This document shows positions 1 through 7,927 of a stretch of DNA of 31,255 nucleotides, piece after piece. Under the pieces are notes generated by a model. That model was not told the origin of the DNA. It did no database searches and saw only the letters and a list, made by a program, of their open reading frames with translations. The position numbers and the translations under genes were made by a program. The stretch is from Bacillota bacterium (lineage in GTDB: Bacteria > Bacillota_I > Bacilli_A > RFN20 > CAG-826). The stretch's first letter is position 1, and every line of letters starts with the position of its first letter. The DNA is taken from the NCBI GenBank assembly GCA_041177725.1, contig JBEDAR010000005.1, positions 1-31,255 on the forward strand. Direction: 5' to 3'.

Positions 1-149
1 ATCTCTTTGCCTTTAACCAAATTCTCCAATATGCGCGTATCGGCAAGTGGAAAGATTATGTCTATGGCGAAAAGAGTTATGTGTGGTTAAGTTTAATTGG
101 TAAATCAACCTTAGCATGGTTGGTGTTTCTTGGCATTGTCTTGGCTTAA
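1..149 (+). CDS. Heliorhodopsin, C-terminal fragment (5' end outside window)
   Basis: Not in ORF track. Frame starting at nt 3 reads LFAFNQILQYARIGKWKDYVYGEKSYVWLSLIGKSTLAWLVFLGIVLA*, with TAA at 147-149. This fits the heliorhodopsin TM6-TM7 pattern (Q.LQY..IGKW.DY..GE..Y..LSL.aKS.LAW..F). The Lys at 102-104 sits in SLIGK (canonical SLVAK). Confidence 0.85.
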   Translation, partial: LFAFNQILQYARIGKWKDYVYGEKSYVWLSLIGKSTLAWLVFLGIVLA

Positions 150-665
150 AGAATCTAACCCTAATTGTCGATATACGTTCTGAATAAACGTTCCCTTCAT
201 CCTTAAATAAGCATCCATATCATATGGATGCTTTTTTGCTGCTTCAATCTTAATCGCTTGATGCGCTGATTTCATCTCGGGGTGTTTCCTTAAATAGTCT
301 CTAAAACCTATATGTCTTTTGAGTTCGTTTGCATTCGAGGCACAAACGTATACATGATGCTTTGGAAGTAGACTCCATTTTTTAAATTTAAACACTTCTC
401 TGCCGGGAATGCCTTGATCGCCCATGTGCCGATAACCTAATCGTGATAATTTAATGCTGACATCTTGAAAGGATTCGCTACCTTTCATTTCAATATCAAT
501 GTCAATGATGGGTTTGGCGGCAAGACCTTCAACTGATGTGCTTCCAATATGATGAATATAAGCATCGTCTAACGTCAATACCGTTTGTAGTCTTTTACGA
601 ATTTTTAGAAAGTTTTGTTTCCACACATGAGTGTATGGCTTCAACACAATCTTCTTTTGTTTCAT
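111..665 (-). CDS. GrpB family (UPF0157) nucleotidyltransferase-fold protein
   Basis: Motifs HHIGSTSVEGLAAKPIIDIDI, LGYRHMGDQGIPGREVF and HIGFRDYLRKHP are characteristic of GrpB. Confidence 0.85.
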   Translation of the reverse strand: MKQKKIVLKPYTHVWKQNFLKIRKRLQTVLTLDDAYIHHIGSTSVEGLAAKPIIDIDIEMKGSESFQDVSIKLSRLGYRHMGDQGIPGREVFKFKKWSLLPKHHVYVCASNANELKRHIGFRDYLRKHPEMKSAHQAIKIEAAKKHPYDMDAYLRMKGTFIQNVYRQLGLDSLSQDNAKKHQPC

Positions 666-684
666 TCGATCTAATCATCGCACA

Positions 685-2040
685 TCAGTTGTTCTTCAAC
701 GTGAGTAAAAGAATCGTTTCCACGTGGTAAGTTTGAGAAAACATGTCAACCGGTTGTACATACTTAACCTCATAGGTGTCTGATAAATATTTAATATCCC
801 TTGCGAGCGAAGATGGTTCACAAGAAATATAAACAAATCGTTTAGGTTTAATAACTTTCACCGATCGTAAGAATGCTTCATCACAACCTTGCCTAGGTGG
901 ATCAACAAACAACACATCATAGGTTTTGCCTTTGGCGGCTCGTTCCACTAAGTAAGGAGCAGCATCCGCTTCAATAAATGAAACATTTCTAATTTCGTTT
1001 AGTTTTGCATTTTCAATTGCATTCAACACCGCATCCCGAACAATTTCAACACCTGTGACATGCTTGGATTGTTTCGCTGCGAGTAAGGTAATGGTTCCCA
1101 CACCTGAATAGGCATCAAGGACCACATCGGTAGGTGTGAGATTGGCAATCGATAAGGCTCGAGCATAAAGTTTCTCGGTTTGAAATGGATTCACTTGAAA
1201 AAAAGATTTGGCTGCAATCTTAAATTTAAGTCCGGATAATGAATCTTCAATATAACCATCACCAAATAAAATATGTTCACGGTATCCCAAAACCACATCC
1301 GTAAATTCAGGGTTAATATTTTGAACAATCGTACGAATGTTGGGAAAAGCTTTTAAAAGCGCATCAACAAAAATTTGTCTTTCTGGAAAGTTAATTTTAC
1401 CGGTGACAAGCACTACCATCAATTGATTAGTAACAATGCCTTTTCTCACCATCACGTGGCGAATGAATCCCTTACGGTATTTTTGATCATAGGCTTCAAT
1501 GTGATGTTCGATACAAAGTTTTTTGACCAAACGCACAATTTGATCAGCTTCTGTGTTTTCGATTAAGCATTCATCAATATCAATGATCCGATGACTACCT
1601 TGTTGGTAAAGACCAGCGATGAGATTACCTCGTTCATCACGACCAAAAGGGAATTGAACTTTATTTCGATAATGAAGTGGTTTCTCACTTGGGATGATGT
1701 CATCGACTTTCCCGTTATAGTCACCCATGCGTCTTAAGACTTCTGCTACGCGCATCTTTTTCATTTTTAATTGTTCTTGGTAAGAAAGGTGTTGCAATTG
1801 GCAACCACCACAAACCTCATAATATTGGCAAGGTGGTGTCACCCGTTGCGGTGACGTTGTCAGTCGCTTAGCGATTCGACCTTCCGCATATTTACCGCGG
1901 TTGTTGGTGATCACAATTTCTGCTTCTTCTCCCATCAATAAATAAGGAACAAAAATGGGTAAACCCTCGTGTTTAACGACACCTTTACCATCATGCGTAT
2001 AATCAATGCAAACGCCTTTAATGTGGCGGATGGGGTTCAT
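685..2040 (-). CDS. rlmD: 23S rRNA (uracil-C5)-methyltransferase, RlmD/RumA family
   Basis: N-terminal TRAM-like domain; Fe-S motif CQYYEVCGGCQLQH; SFFQVN; DAYSGVGTI SAM motif; VDPPRQG; catalytic YISC; DMFSQTYHVE. Confidence 0.9.
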   Translation of the reverse strand: MNPIRHIKGVCIDYTHDGKGVVKHEGLPIFVPYLLMGEEAEIVITNNRGKYAEGRIAKRLTTSPQRVTPPCQYYEVCGGCQLQHLSYQEQLKMKKMRVAEVLRRMGDYNGKVDDIIPSEKPLHYRNKVQFPFGRDERGNLIAGLYQQGSHRIIDIDECLIENTEADQIVRLVKKLCIEHHIEAYDQKYRKGFIRHVMVRKGIVTNQLMVVLVTGKINFPERQIFVDALLKAFPNIRTIVQNINPEFTDVVLGYREHILFGDGYIEDSLSGLKFKIAAKSFFQVNPFQTEKLYARALSIANLTPTDVVLDAYSGVGTITLLAAKQSKHVTGVEIVRDAVLNAIENAKLNEIRNVSFIEADAAPYLVERAAKGKTYDVLFVDPPRQGCDEAFLRSVKVIKPKRFVYISCEPSSLARDIKYLSDTYEVKYVQPVDMFSQTYHVETILLLTLKNN

Positions 2041-2780
2041 AATGTAAACTCTCCGATAAGTGGATAATGATCTGATGGTAATTGGTGAAAAAACTCACTT
2101 CGATCAACGACAACATCTTTGACTTGGATGCCTTCTTGATAAAGAAGGTAATCAATTTGGGCAATGCCATCCCCACCTTTAAATTCGTGATACGTATTGC
2201 CTAATGTAAGGGAGGGAGCAAAGTGTAAATCACGCGGCATATATTTTTTAATTTTGATCGCGCCTTCATTAAAATCACCACCTAGAATCGTCGGTATTCT
2301 TTCTGGAAAAGACTGGATAAAATCAAACAATACTTTCAAATTGATATCTTTTGCTCTTGATGAACGATAGGCCAGATGTGTATTTAAAAACCTGAGTAGG
2401 CGTCCATCGGTGTGTTGTAAAACAATCATCGAAGCAATGCGTGGAAATCCTTCATCTACATCCATCGATCCTGGTGTTCTTGGCGTGTGACTTAACCAAA
2501 TGGTATCCGCAGCCTTGATTCGATAATCTTGCTTCTTGTAGTAAATTGGGCAACCTTCACCTTGCAAATCTTGGTTACGTCCCATGTAGTAATAGCCGTA
2601 AATGGTTTCTAGTTTTTTTAAATCTGATAACATCGCAGGTGTCGTTTCTTGAAGCATTAAAATATCGGGGTTGTGTTTTGCTATCATTGCCAAGACCGCA
2701 GGAATCCGAAATTTCCATTGATGGCTACCGTCAACAGGGACGTCGATTCTGAGATTAAAGGTCATGACTTTGATTTGCAT
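2037..2780 (-). CDS. Endonuclease/exonuclease/phosphatase (EEP) family protein
   Basis: EEP motifs TFNLR, LQE, NTHL, GGDFN, IDY and SDHYP. Stop overlaps the rlmD start (ATGA at 2037-2040). Confidence 0.9.
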   Translation of the reverse strand: MQIKVMTFNLRIDVPVDGSHQWKFRIPAVLAMIAKHNPDILMLQETTPAMLSDLKKLETIYGYYYMGRNQDLQGEGCPIYYKKQDYRIKAADTIWLSHTPRTPGSMDVDEGFPRIASMIVLQHTDGRLLRFLNTHLAYRSSRAKDINLKVLFDFIQSFPERIPTILGGDFNEGAIKIKKYMPRDLHFAPSLTLGNTYHEFKGGDGIAQIDYLLYQEGIQVKDVVVDRSEFFHQLPSDHYPLIGEFTL

Positions 2781-2815
2781 GCATTCATATTATACTTTGT
2801 GTAGAGGTGCATAGA

Positions 2816-3235
2816 ATGAAATGTCCAAAATGCGGAAGAGAAACGCAAGATAAAACGAAATTTTGTGGATGGTGTGGTGCAGATATGCGTAACCCATTCC
2901 AAAGCAAGGAAAAACCAATCCAACCCGAAGTGATGGATGAAAAGGATGTTAAACGCCAAGAAACGAGAAACAATAATCCTAATCCAAACCCCATGCTTGA
3001 ACCAAAGTCTAAATTGGTCGCGGGTTTACTCGCTATTTTTGTCGGTAGCTTTGGGGTTCACAATTTTTATTTAGGATATACCCAAAGAGGACTCGTTCAG
3101 TTATTGCTTACGACCGTTGGTTCGATCGTGATTGTAGGACCAATTGTTGCTGGTTTGTGGGCTCTTATTGAAGGCATTCAAATCTTTATTGGTGAAATCA
3201 ATATCGACGCAAATGGCACCAAACTAAAGGACTAA
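2816..3235 (+). CDS. Zinc-ribbon + TM2 domain membrane protein
   Basis: CPKC...CGWC zinc ribbon, then TM2 motif KSKLVAGLLAIFVGSFGVHNFYLG. ATG at 2816 chosen because GAGGTG (2804-2809) is an SD-like site upstream; the track starts at GTG 2807. Confidence 0.85.
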   Translation: MKCPKCGRETQDKTKFCGWCGADMRNPFQSKEKPIQPEVMDEKDVKRQETRNNNPNPNPMLEPKSKLVAGLLAIFVGSFGVHNFYLGYTQRGLVQLLLTTVGSIVIVGPIVAGLWALIEGIQIFIGEINIDANGTKLKD

Positions 3236-3688
3236 TTTTTTATAGTCGATTGCATACCAAACTAACATTCCAATACTCAGGATTATAAATACATAATTAC
3301 CAATCGCACCGGGAGCTGTTCCGACGGTTTCAAATGGTTTCAATTGGCCAATCAACCATCGCGAAGCATACTCCAACAAGAGTAAAAGCCATGCAAACGG
3401 TAACCATGCTTTTCTTTTAAGGAGAATATACACATAAATTAAACTGGATAACAATTGCGATAAGCCCCATAAGGCAAACATACCAATAATAACTCGTTGA
3501 GCTTCACTTGAATATGTGTCTAAGGGAATCGTTGCAATCAATTGAGCGCCACCATCTGGAAGAAAAATATGCAGAAGACTACGACTTATACCAACCAAAG
3601 TAAAAACCCAAATCGAACCTAAACTAATTTGATAATAGAGGGATTTTTGATCAACTTGATCAGGAAACAATGTCCATCTTTTTTTCAT
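3224..3688 (-). CDS. Hypothetical multi-pass membrane protein
   Basis: 154 aa with about four hydrophobic segments. Start overlaps the stop of the upstream hydrolase (ATGA, 3685-3688). No family assigned. Confidence 0.75.
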   Translation of the reverse strand: MKKRWTLFPDQVDQKSLYYQISLGSIWVFTLVGISRSLLHIFLPDGGAQLIATIPLDTYSSEAQRVIIGMFALWGLSQLLSSLIYVYILLKRKAWLPFAWLLLLLEYASRWLIGQLKPFETVGTAPGAIGNYVFIILSIGMLVWYAIDYKKLVL

Positions 3689-4419
3689 GAATATCTCCTC
3701 ATAAATTTCTTGGCAAGTTCAACCCACTCTTTCATATAGGCAAATCGGTGATGGAATTCTTCGAGTGAAAATTCACCATAGGCAACATCATCACTTCCAA
3801 CAGAGAAGCCATGAAGGCCTTCGGGATAAATGTGCAAGGCAAACGGAACATGATGTTTTCGTAGTGCTTCTGCAAACATTAATGCATTTTCAACATGGAC
3901 GATGGCGTCATCTTGCGTATGAAAAATAAAGCACGGTGGCGTTTGCTGGGTTACGTGTAATTCAAGCGAAACCTCTGCGGCTTTTTCTTTGGTGATATCA
4001 GGACCTAATAAATTCATCAACGATCCTAAGTGGCGGTATTTAATATCAGACGTAATCGGAGCGTACGCTAAAATACCAGCCTGAATGAGTTGAGGGTAAT
4101 AGGTCATGATGGTGGCGGCCAAGTGACCACCCGCGGAAAAACCAACCAAAAAGATTTTACTTACGCGTGGATCACTTCTTAATTGTTCAATCAGTTCCTT
4201 GGCTTCAATGTGGGTATGGGGATGGATGAGTTTCTCCTCGCGATAATAATAGATACCAGTATGATATCCTTCGCTAGCAAAGGCGTTAACAACGGGTTGG
4301 GCTTCTCGCCAAGACGTATACTCGTAACCACCACCGGGTAGAATTAGTAAAAAAGGTCTCGGTTGGTCATCTTGCCAAGAAATTTCAATAAAATTTTTAG
4401 AGTGTTGATATCGTTTCAT
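3685..4419 (-). CDS. Alpha/beta hydrolase (esterase/lipase-like)
   Basis: Oxyanion motif PGGGY, nucleophile elbow GFSAGGH, acid in QDDAIV, catalytic His in GLHGF. Confidence 0.88.
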   Translation of the reverse strand: MKRYQHSKNFIEISWQDDQPRPFLLILPGGGYEYTSWREAQPVVNAFASEGYHTGIYYYREEKLIHPHTHIEAKELIEQLRSDPRVSKIFLVGFSAGGHLAATIMTYYPQLIQAGILAYAPITSDIKYRHLGSLMNLLGPDITKEKAAEVSLELHVTQQTPPCFIFHTQDDAIVHVENALMFAEALRKHHVPFALHIYPEGLHGFSVGSDDVAYGEFSLEEFHHRFAYMKEWVELAKKFMRRYS

Positions 4420-4517
4420 ATTTACCTAATCTTTATTATAAAGAAAAAGACTTTTTTATTAAGTTATTTCTTTAGGCCTCAGCATTTTCAACACATTGAA
4501 TCGAGTATAATAGAGGC

Positions 4518-5825
4518 ATGAAAGACGAAACCATTCTCTTAAATAAGTTCAAGCTTGATCGTTATTCACCTTTGGTAGAAGATGCTTTATTAATCAATTT
4601 AGATTTAAAAAAATATCGCGATGCAAGAACTTCATTGGTGCATGCCACCATTTTAGGTCTATTTGAAAACAAAAAGGAACTGGTCATCTTTTTTTACCTT
4701 CCGGAAAATGGCCAACACTTATCTGAAATTGTCATCAACAAGCAACGATATGGCGTTCAGATACAAGATGAGGAGGGTCTGGTTCATAAATATGTGATTC
4801 CTTCACCTTTTAAACCAGGAAAGCTTGAAGTGAGCGAATTCGTTTTTGTGGATGATATGTTAAAACGCACTACCTTTGCTGTAAAAGAGGAACATGTCTT
4901 TGGGGTTTTAAATGACCAATATTACTACGATTCTAAGAAGTACTATCAAACCCAACTTGAAGGCGAATTACTTTATGACCTGATTGATATGTCTACCGTG
5001 CAAAATAAAGTTGAGGATTTTCTTGGAAGACCCTTCTTTTATCGAGATATATCATCTTTAAAAGCAAAGGCGACCAAACTTTATTATGTCGCTTTTAACC
5101 TCTTTGATACGAAACAAAAAAAATACTTTATTCCTGATGATATTGTGGAAATGAAAGTGAATTATGAAGAAAAAAGATACGTTTATCAGGCAAAAAAAGT
5201 GAAAAACACTTCCGACATTGACCCCACTGTTGATGGTGAAATATTTGCCTTAGATAAAAAAGAAACCATTGCAAAAGAACGACGAAAAATAGAAACTGGG
5301 GAGAAATCAGATTGGAATTTAATTCAAAATTTTTTCACGTATAAGCAATATCGTTACCAATCCATATACAAGATTAATGATCAAGTCAAAGCAACAGAAA
5401 AACAAACGCAAAACTATACATATGTGTTGGTAATTGGTCCGAAATATGGTTACCGTTACAGCCAAGCAACACTTAAAAGAAACAATGGAACAGACTATGA
5501 CTTTGAAGAAACAACCTTAACAAAAGTTAAGATTTATCATCTCACCTACCAAGAAAAAGGTCATCGTTATGCGGTGCCGGTACAAAGTTTGGTTTATGAA
5601 ACCGATCAAAAAGCAAGGTTACCAAGAGTGCGTCATCGGATTAAAATGTTTTTCAAAACATTGGGTAAGATTATGCAGGCTCCCATTCGCTTTGTTTTTG
5701 GTGCAACTGGATTTCTCTATCGATTAATTCGATGGATTTTTAAGCATTGGAAATGGTTACTGATCTTGGTGGTTGCAAGCCTATTAATCTATTTGGGTGT
5801 ACAAATTGCAGGATGGTTTCAATAA
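4518..5825 (+). CDS. Hypothetical protein, Tyr/Lys-rich soluble domain with C-terminal membrane anchor
   Basis: 435-aa ORF with no signal peptide. A basic/amphipathic stretch precedes one C-terminal hydrophobic helix (WLLILVVASLLIYLGVQIAGW). TATAAT lies 6 nt upstream of ATG. No family recognised. Confidence 0.8.
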   Translation: MKDETILLNKFKLDRYSPLVEDALLINLDLKKYRDARTSLVHATILGLFENKKELVIFFYLPENGQHLSEIVINKQRYGVQIQDEEGLVHKYVIPSPFKPGKLEVSEFVFVDDMLKRTTFAVKEEHVFGVLNDQYYYDSKKYYQTQLEGELLYDLIDMSTVQNKVEDFLGRPFFYRDISSLKAKATKLYYVAFNLFDTKQKKYFIPDDIVEMKVNYEEKRYVYQAKKVKNTSDIDPTVDGEIFALDKKETIAKERRKIETGEKSDWNLIQNFFTYKQYRYQSIYKINDQVKATEKQTQNYTYVLVIGPKYGYRYSQATLKRNNGTDYDFEETTLTKVKIYHLTYQEKGHRYAVPVQSLVYETDQKARLPRVRHRIKMFFKTLGKIMQAPIRFVFGATGFLYRLIRWIFKHWKWLLILVVASLLIYLGVQIAGWFQ

Positions 5826-7927
5826 TGGATTTTATTTCATTACTTCTATTTATTGGTACCTTGGGTTTAATTGGAGCGATGCTTTACCTTGATCTCGCTA
5901 AGTACAAATTCCATTTTTTTATTGGGATTATTGTCCTAGGGGTGGCGCTATACACTTATGGACTGATTGGTAACGGAGAAACCTTAAATACGGTTGATTT
6001 GGTGTTAAAAGCTTTTGGTAACACCACCGCAATCTTAAGAGGTATTTTCCGAACAACGGAAATTAGCAATCGTATTAATAACGATTTACTATTCTTGCTT
6101 TCGGCTTATGCGATTCACGTGATTGGTTTTGGTTACACCTATATTTTAATTTTTGCTGTTTTCTTCAACAACCTCGCCTTGAAAATGCGATTCTTTTTCC
6201 TCCAACAAAGACCTCACTATTTAATCTTAGCTGACGATGATAAGATCACTTATCTATTAAAATCCTTCGAGAAAGAATTCAAAAAGAATCGCCAATCTAA
6301 GGCGATCAATGTCGCCTTACCTAAAACGTTATTAGCGACAAAAGAAGTAAACACAAAATATCTCTTTAAACCTGGATTTACAAATTTTGATATCACCAAC
6401 CAACGCCTTGAATCCTTACTTGGATCTACCAAACAAGACACAACTTTGGTTAGTTTATTAACCAAGGACACCGATGTGATGGCCTTGGTTGAAAAACTCA
6501 ATCGATATTATCAAGAAAATCCGAATAGTAAACTCAAGTCGTATATTTTGTATCAAGATAAACAACATTTACCAATCTATGAATCCTTTAGTCAAGAAAA
6601 GCAAAAACTTCGCTTCTTCTCTTACCACCAACTGATTGCCCAACAATTGGTGCTGGAATATCCCCTCACATCCTATTTACCAAAAACCATGATTAATTTT
6701 GAAAAAGCGACCTTAGAGGATGTTAAAATTCAGTACCACTTGCTCGGTTTTGGGCAAACCAATGAAGAAATTTATCGGCACTTATTTGTCACGAATCAAT
6801 TTCCACCCAAAGCTTCAAAGTTTTTTGGTAAAGAATTTACCAGCTACAACAACCCTCCAATTAAATACAATCTTTATCGTGATCCCTTGATGAATCCCGG
6901 AGTGATTCAAACTTTCTCAAACCCACCCATGAATAAACGCGATTATTTACCACTGCCACCATTATCAGCAGAAACAGAAATGGTTAACACAACCTTTAAT
7001 GATGCGCAGTTCTTAGATGCGGTTACAAGTCGGATGACCAAATCAGATGATTACCAAATCTTTGTCATTGCCTTTGATAACGATGTCATTAATTTACGTG
7101 TACTTCAACAGATGCTAAGTTGGACGATTGAAAAACGACTAGAGCGTTTTCAACTATTTGTACAAATCCTCAATCGTGATTATCAACAAACCAGCCAACT
7201 ATTTAAAAATCCCCACGTCACTTCTTTTGGGTATGGTGATTACGGTTATTCATTAAATCAAATTATTAACCCTGTTTTTACACAAATTGCGAAGAACATT
7301 CACGCCACCCTCAATCCACAAAAACCTTTTGAAGCTTTACTTGCTCAAGAAAAAGAAAGTTTACTTTATGAAGCAATTAGTTTACGTTTTAAACTGAATT
7401 TAATGGGTTTAGATTTAGCACCACAGTCGAAGGGTTTATCCGAAACAACCTTTATGAAACGTTACGATGAAGATGATCAATCTCGTTTTCATCAAGTTTA
7501 TCCGCGCGCTAAAAATGATGCGGATTTAAATCGTTATAAACCAGTGGCGAAAAAAATTCGTAATTTACTGGCAAGACAAGAACATTTACGTTGGACCGCG
7601 CATCAAATGACGCAAGGTTATATTCCCATGAGTTTGGAAGAAATGGTGATGACCAAAGATTATGTTGATCACATTTTAAAAAAAGATGCACGTTTAACTT
7701 CTTTTGAGGGATTATTTGAATTACATGAAAAACTTGTTCACGATTTAGAATTCAGTTTTTCAAATGCAGATTTAATTTATCCTTACTTCCATACGATGGA
7801 CCACTTATATGCCATCATCCAAGGCACACCGTTTAGTGTCGTGGACACAATTGATGAAAAGAATAATCGCACCATCGAAATGCCGATTGTTGACACCGGA
7901 AATGTAAAGAGTAAGATTAAATCTTAA
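5825..7927 (+). CDS. Membrane protein with RCK/TrkA_N-like domains and C-terminal RyR domain (putative ion-channel-like)
   Basis: Start ATG 5825 overlaps the upstream TAA (TAATG); the track's start at 5747 is likely too early. About three N-terminal TM segments; Rossmann-like strand-loop-helix motifs (HYLILAD, YHLLGFGQTNEEIYRHL); RyR-like motifs IAKNIH, EKESLLYEAISLRFKL and LARQEHLRW....GY. Confidence 0.7.
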   Translation: MDFISLLLFIGTLGLIGAMLYLDLAKYKFHFFIGIIVLGVALYTYGLIGNGETLNTVDLVLKAFGNTTAILRGIFRTTEISNRINNDLLFLLSAYAIHVIGFGYTYILIFAVFFNNLALKMRFFFLQQRPHYLILADDDKITYLLKSFEKEFKKNRQSKAINVALPKTLLATKEVNTKYLFKPGFTNFDITNQRLESLLGSTKQDTTLVSLLTKDTDVMALVEKLNRYYQENPNSKLKSYILYQDKQHLPIYESFSQEKQKLRFFSYHQLIAQQLVLEYPLTSYLPKTMINFEKATLEDVKIQYHLLGFGQTNEEIYRHLFVTNQFPPKASKFFGKEFTSYNNPPIKYNLYRDPLMNPGVIQTFSNPPMNKRDYLPLPPLSAETEMVNTTFNDAQFLDAVTSRMTKSDDYQIFVIAFDNDVINLRVLQQMLSWTIEKRLERFQLFVQILNRDYQQTSQLFKNPHVTSFGYGDYGYSLNQIINPVFTQIAKNIHATLNPQKPFEALLAQEKESLLYEAISLRFKLNLMGLDLAPQSKGLSETTFMKRYDEDDQSRFHQVYPRAKNDADLNRYKPVAKKIRNLLARQEHLRWTAHQMTQGYIPMSLEEMVMTKDYVDHILKKDARLTSFEGLFELHEKLVHDLEFSFSNADLIYPYFHTMDHLYAIIQGTPFSVVDTIDEKNNRTIEMPIVDTGNVKSKIKS

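Noticed and set aside
716-731. CACGTG-centred sequence resembling a parS site (GTTTCCACGTGGTAAG)
   Set aside because: The flanks do not fit TGTTNCACGTGAAACA symmetry, and the sequence is explained by the rlmD codons for YHVE. Other CACGTG cores (about 1453 and 6116) fit even worse.
5747-5824. Cys-containing N-terminal extension of the RyR-domain ORF (and similar extensions in the track for metG, rpmE, Pr6Pr, tldE, mscL, dnaA)
   Set aside because: Downstream ATGs fit SD sites, stop/start overlaps or family N-termini better; the extensions are longest-ORF artefacts.
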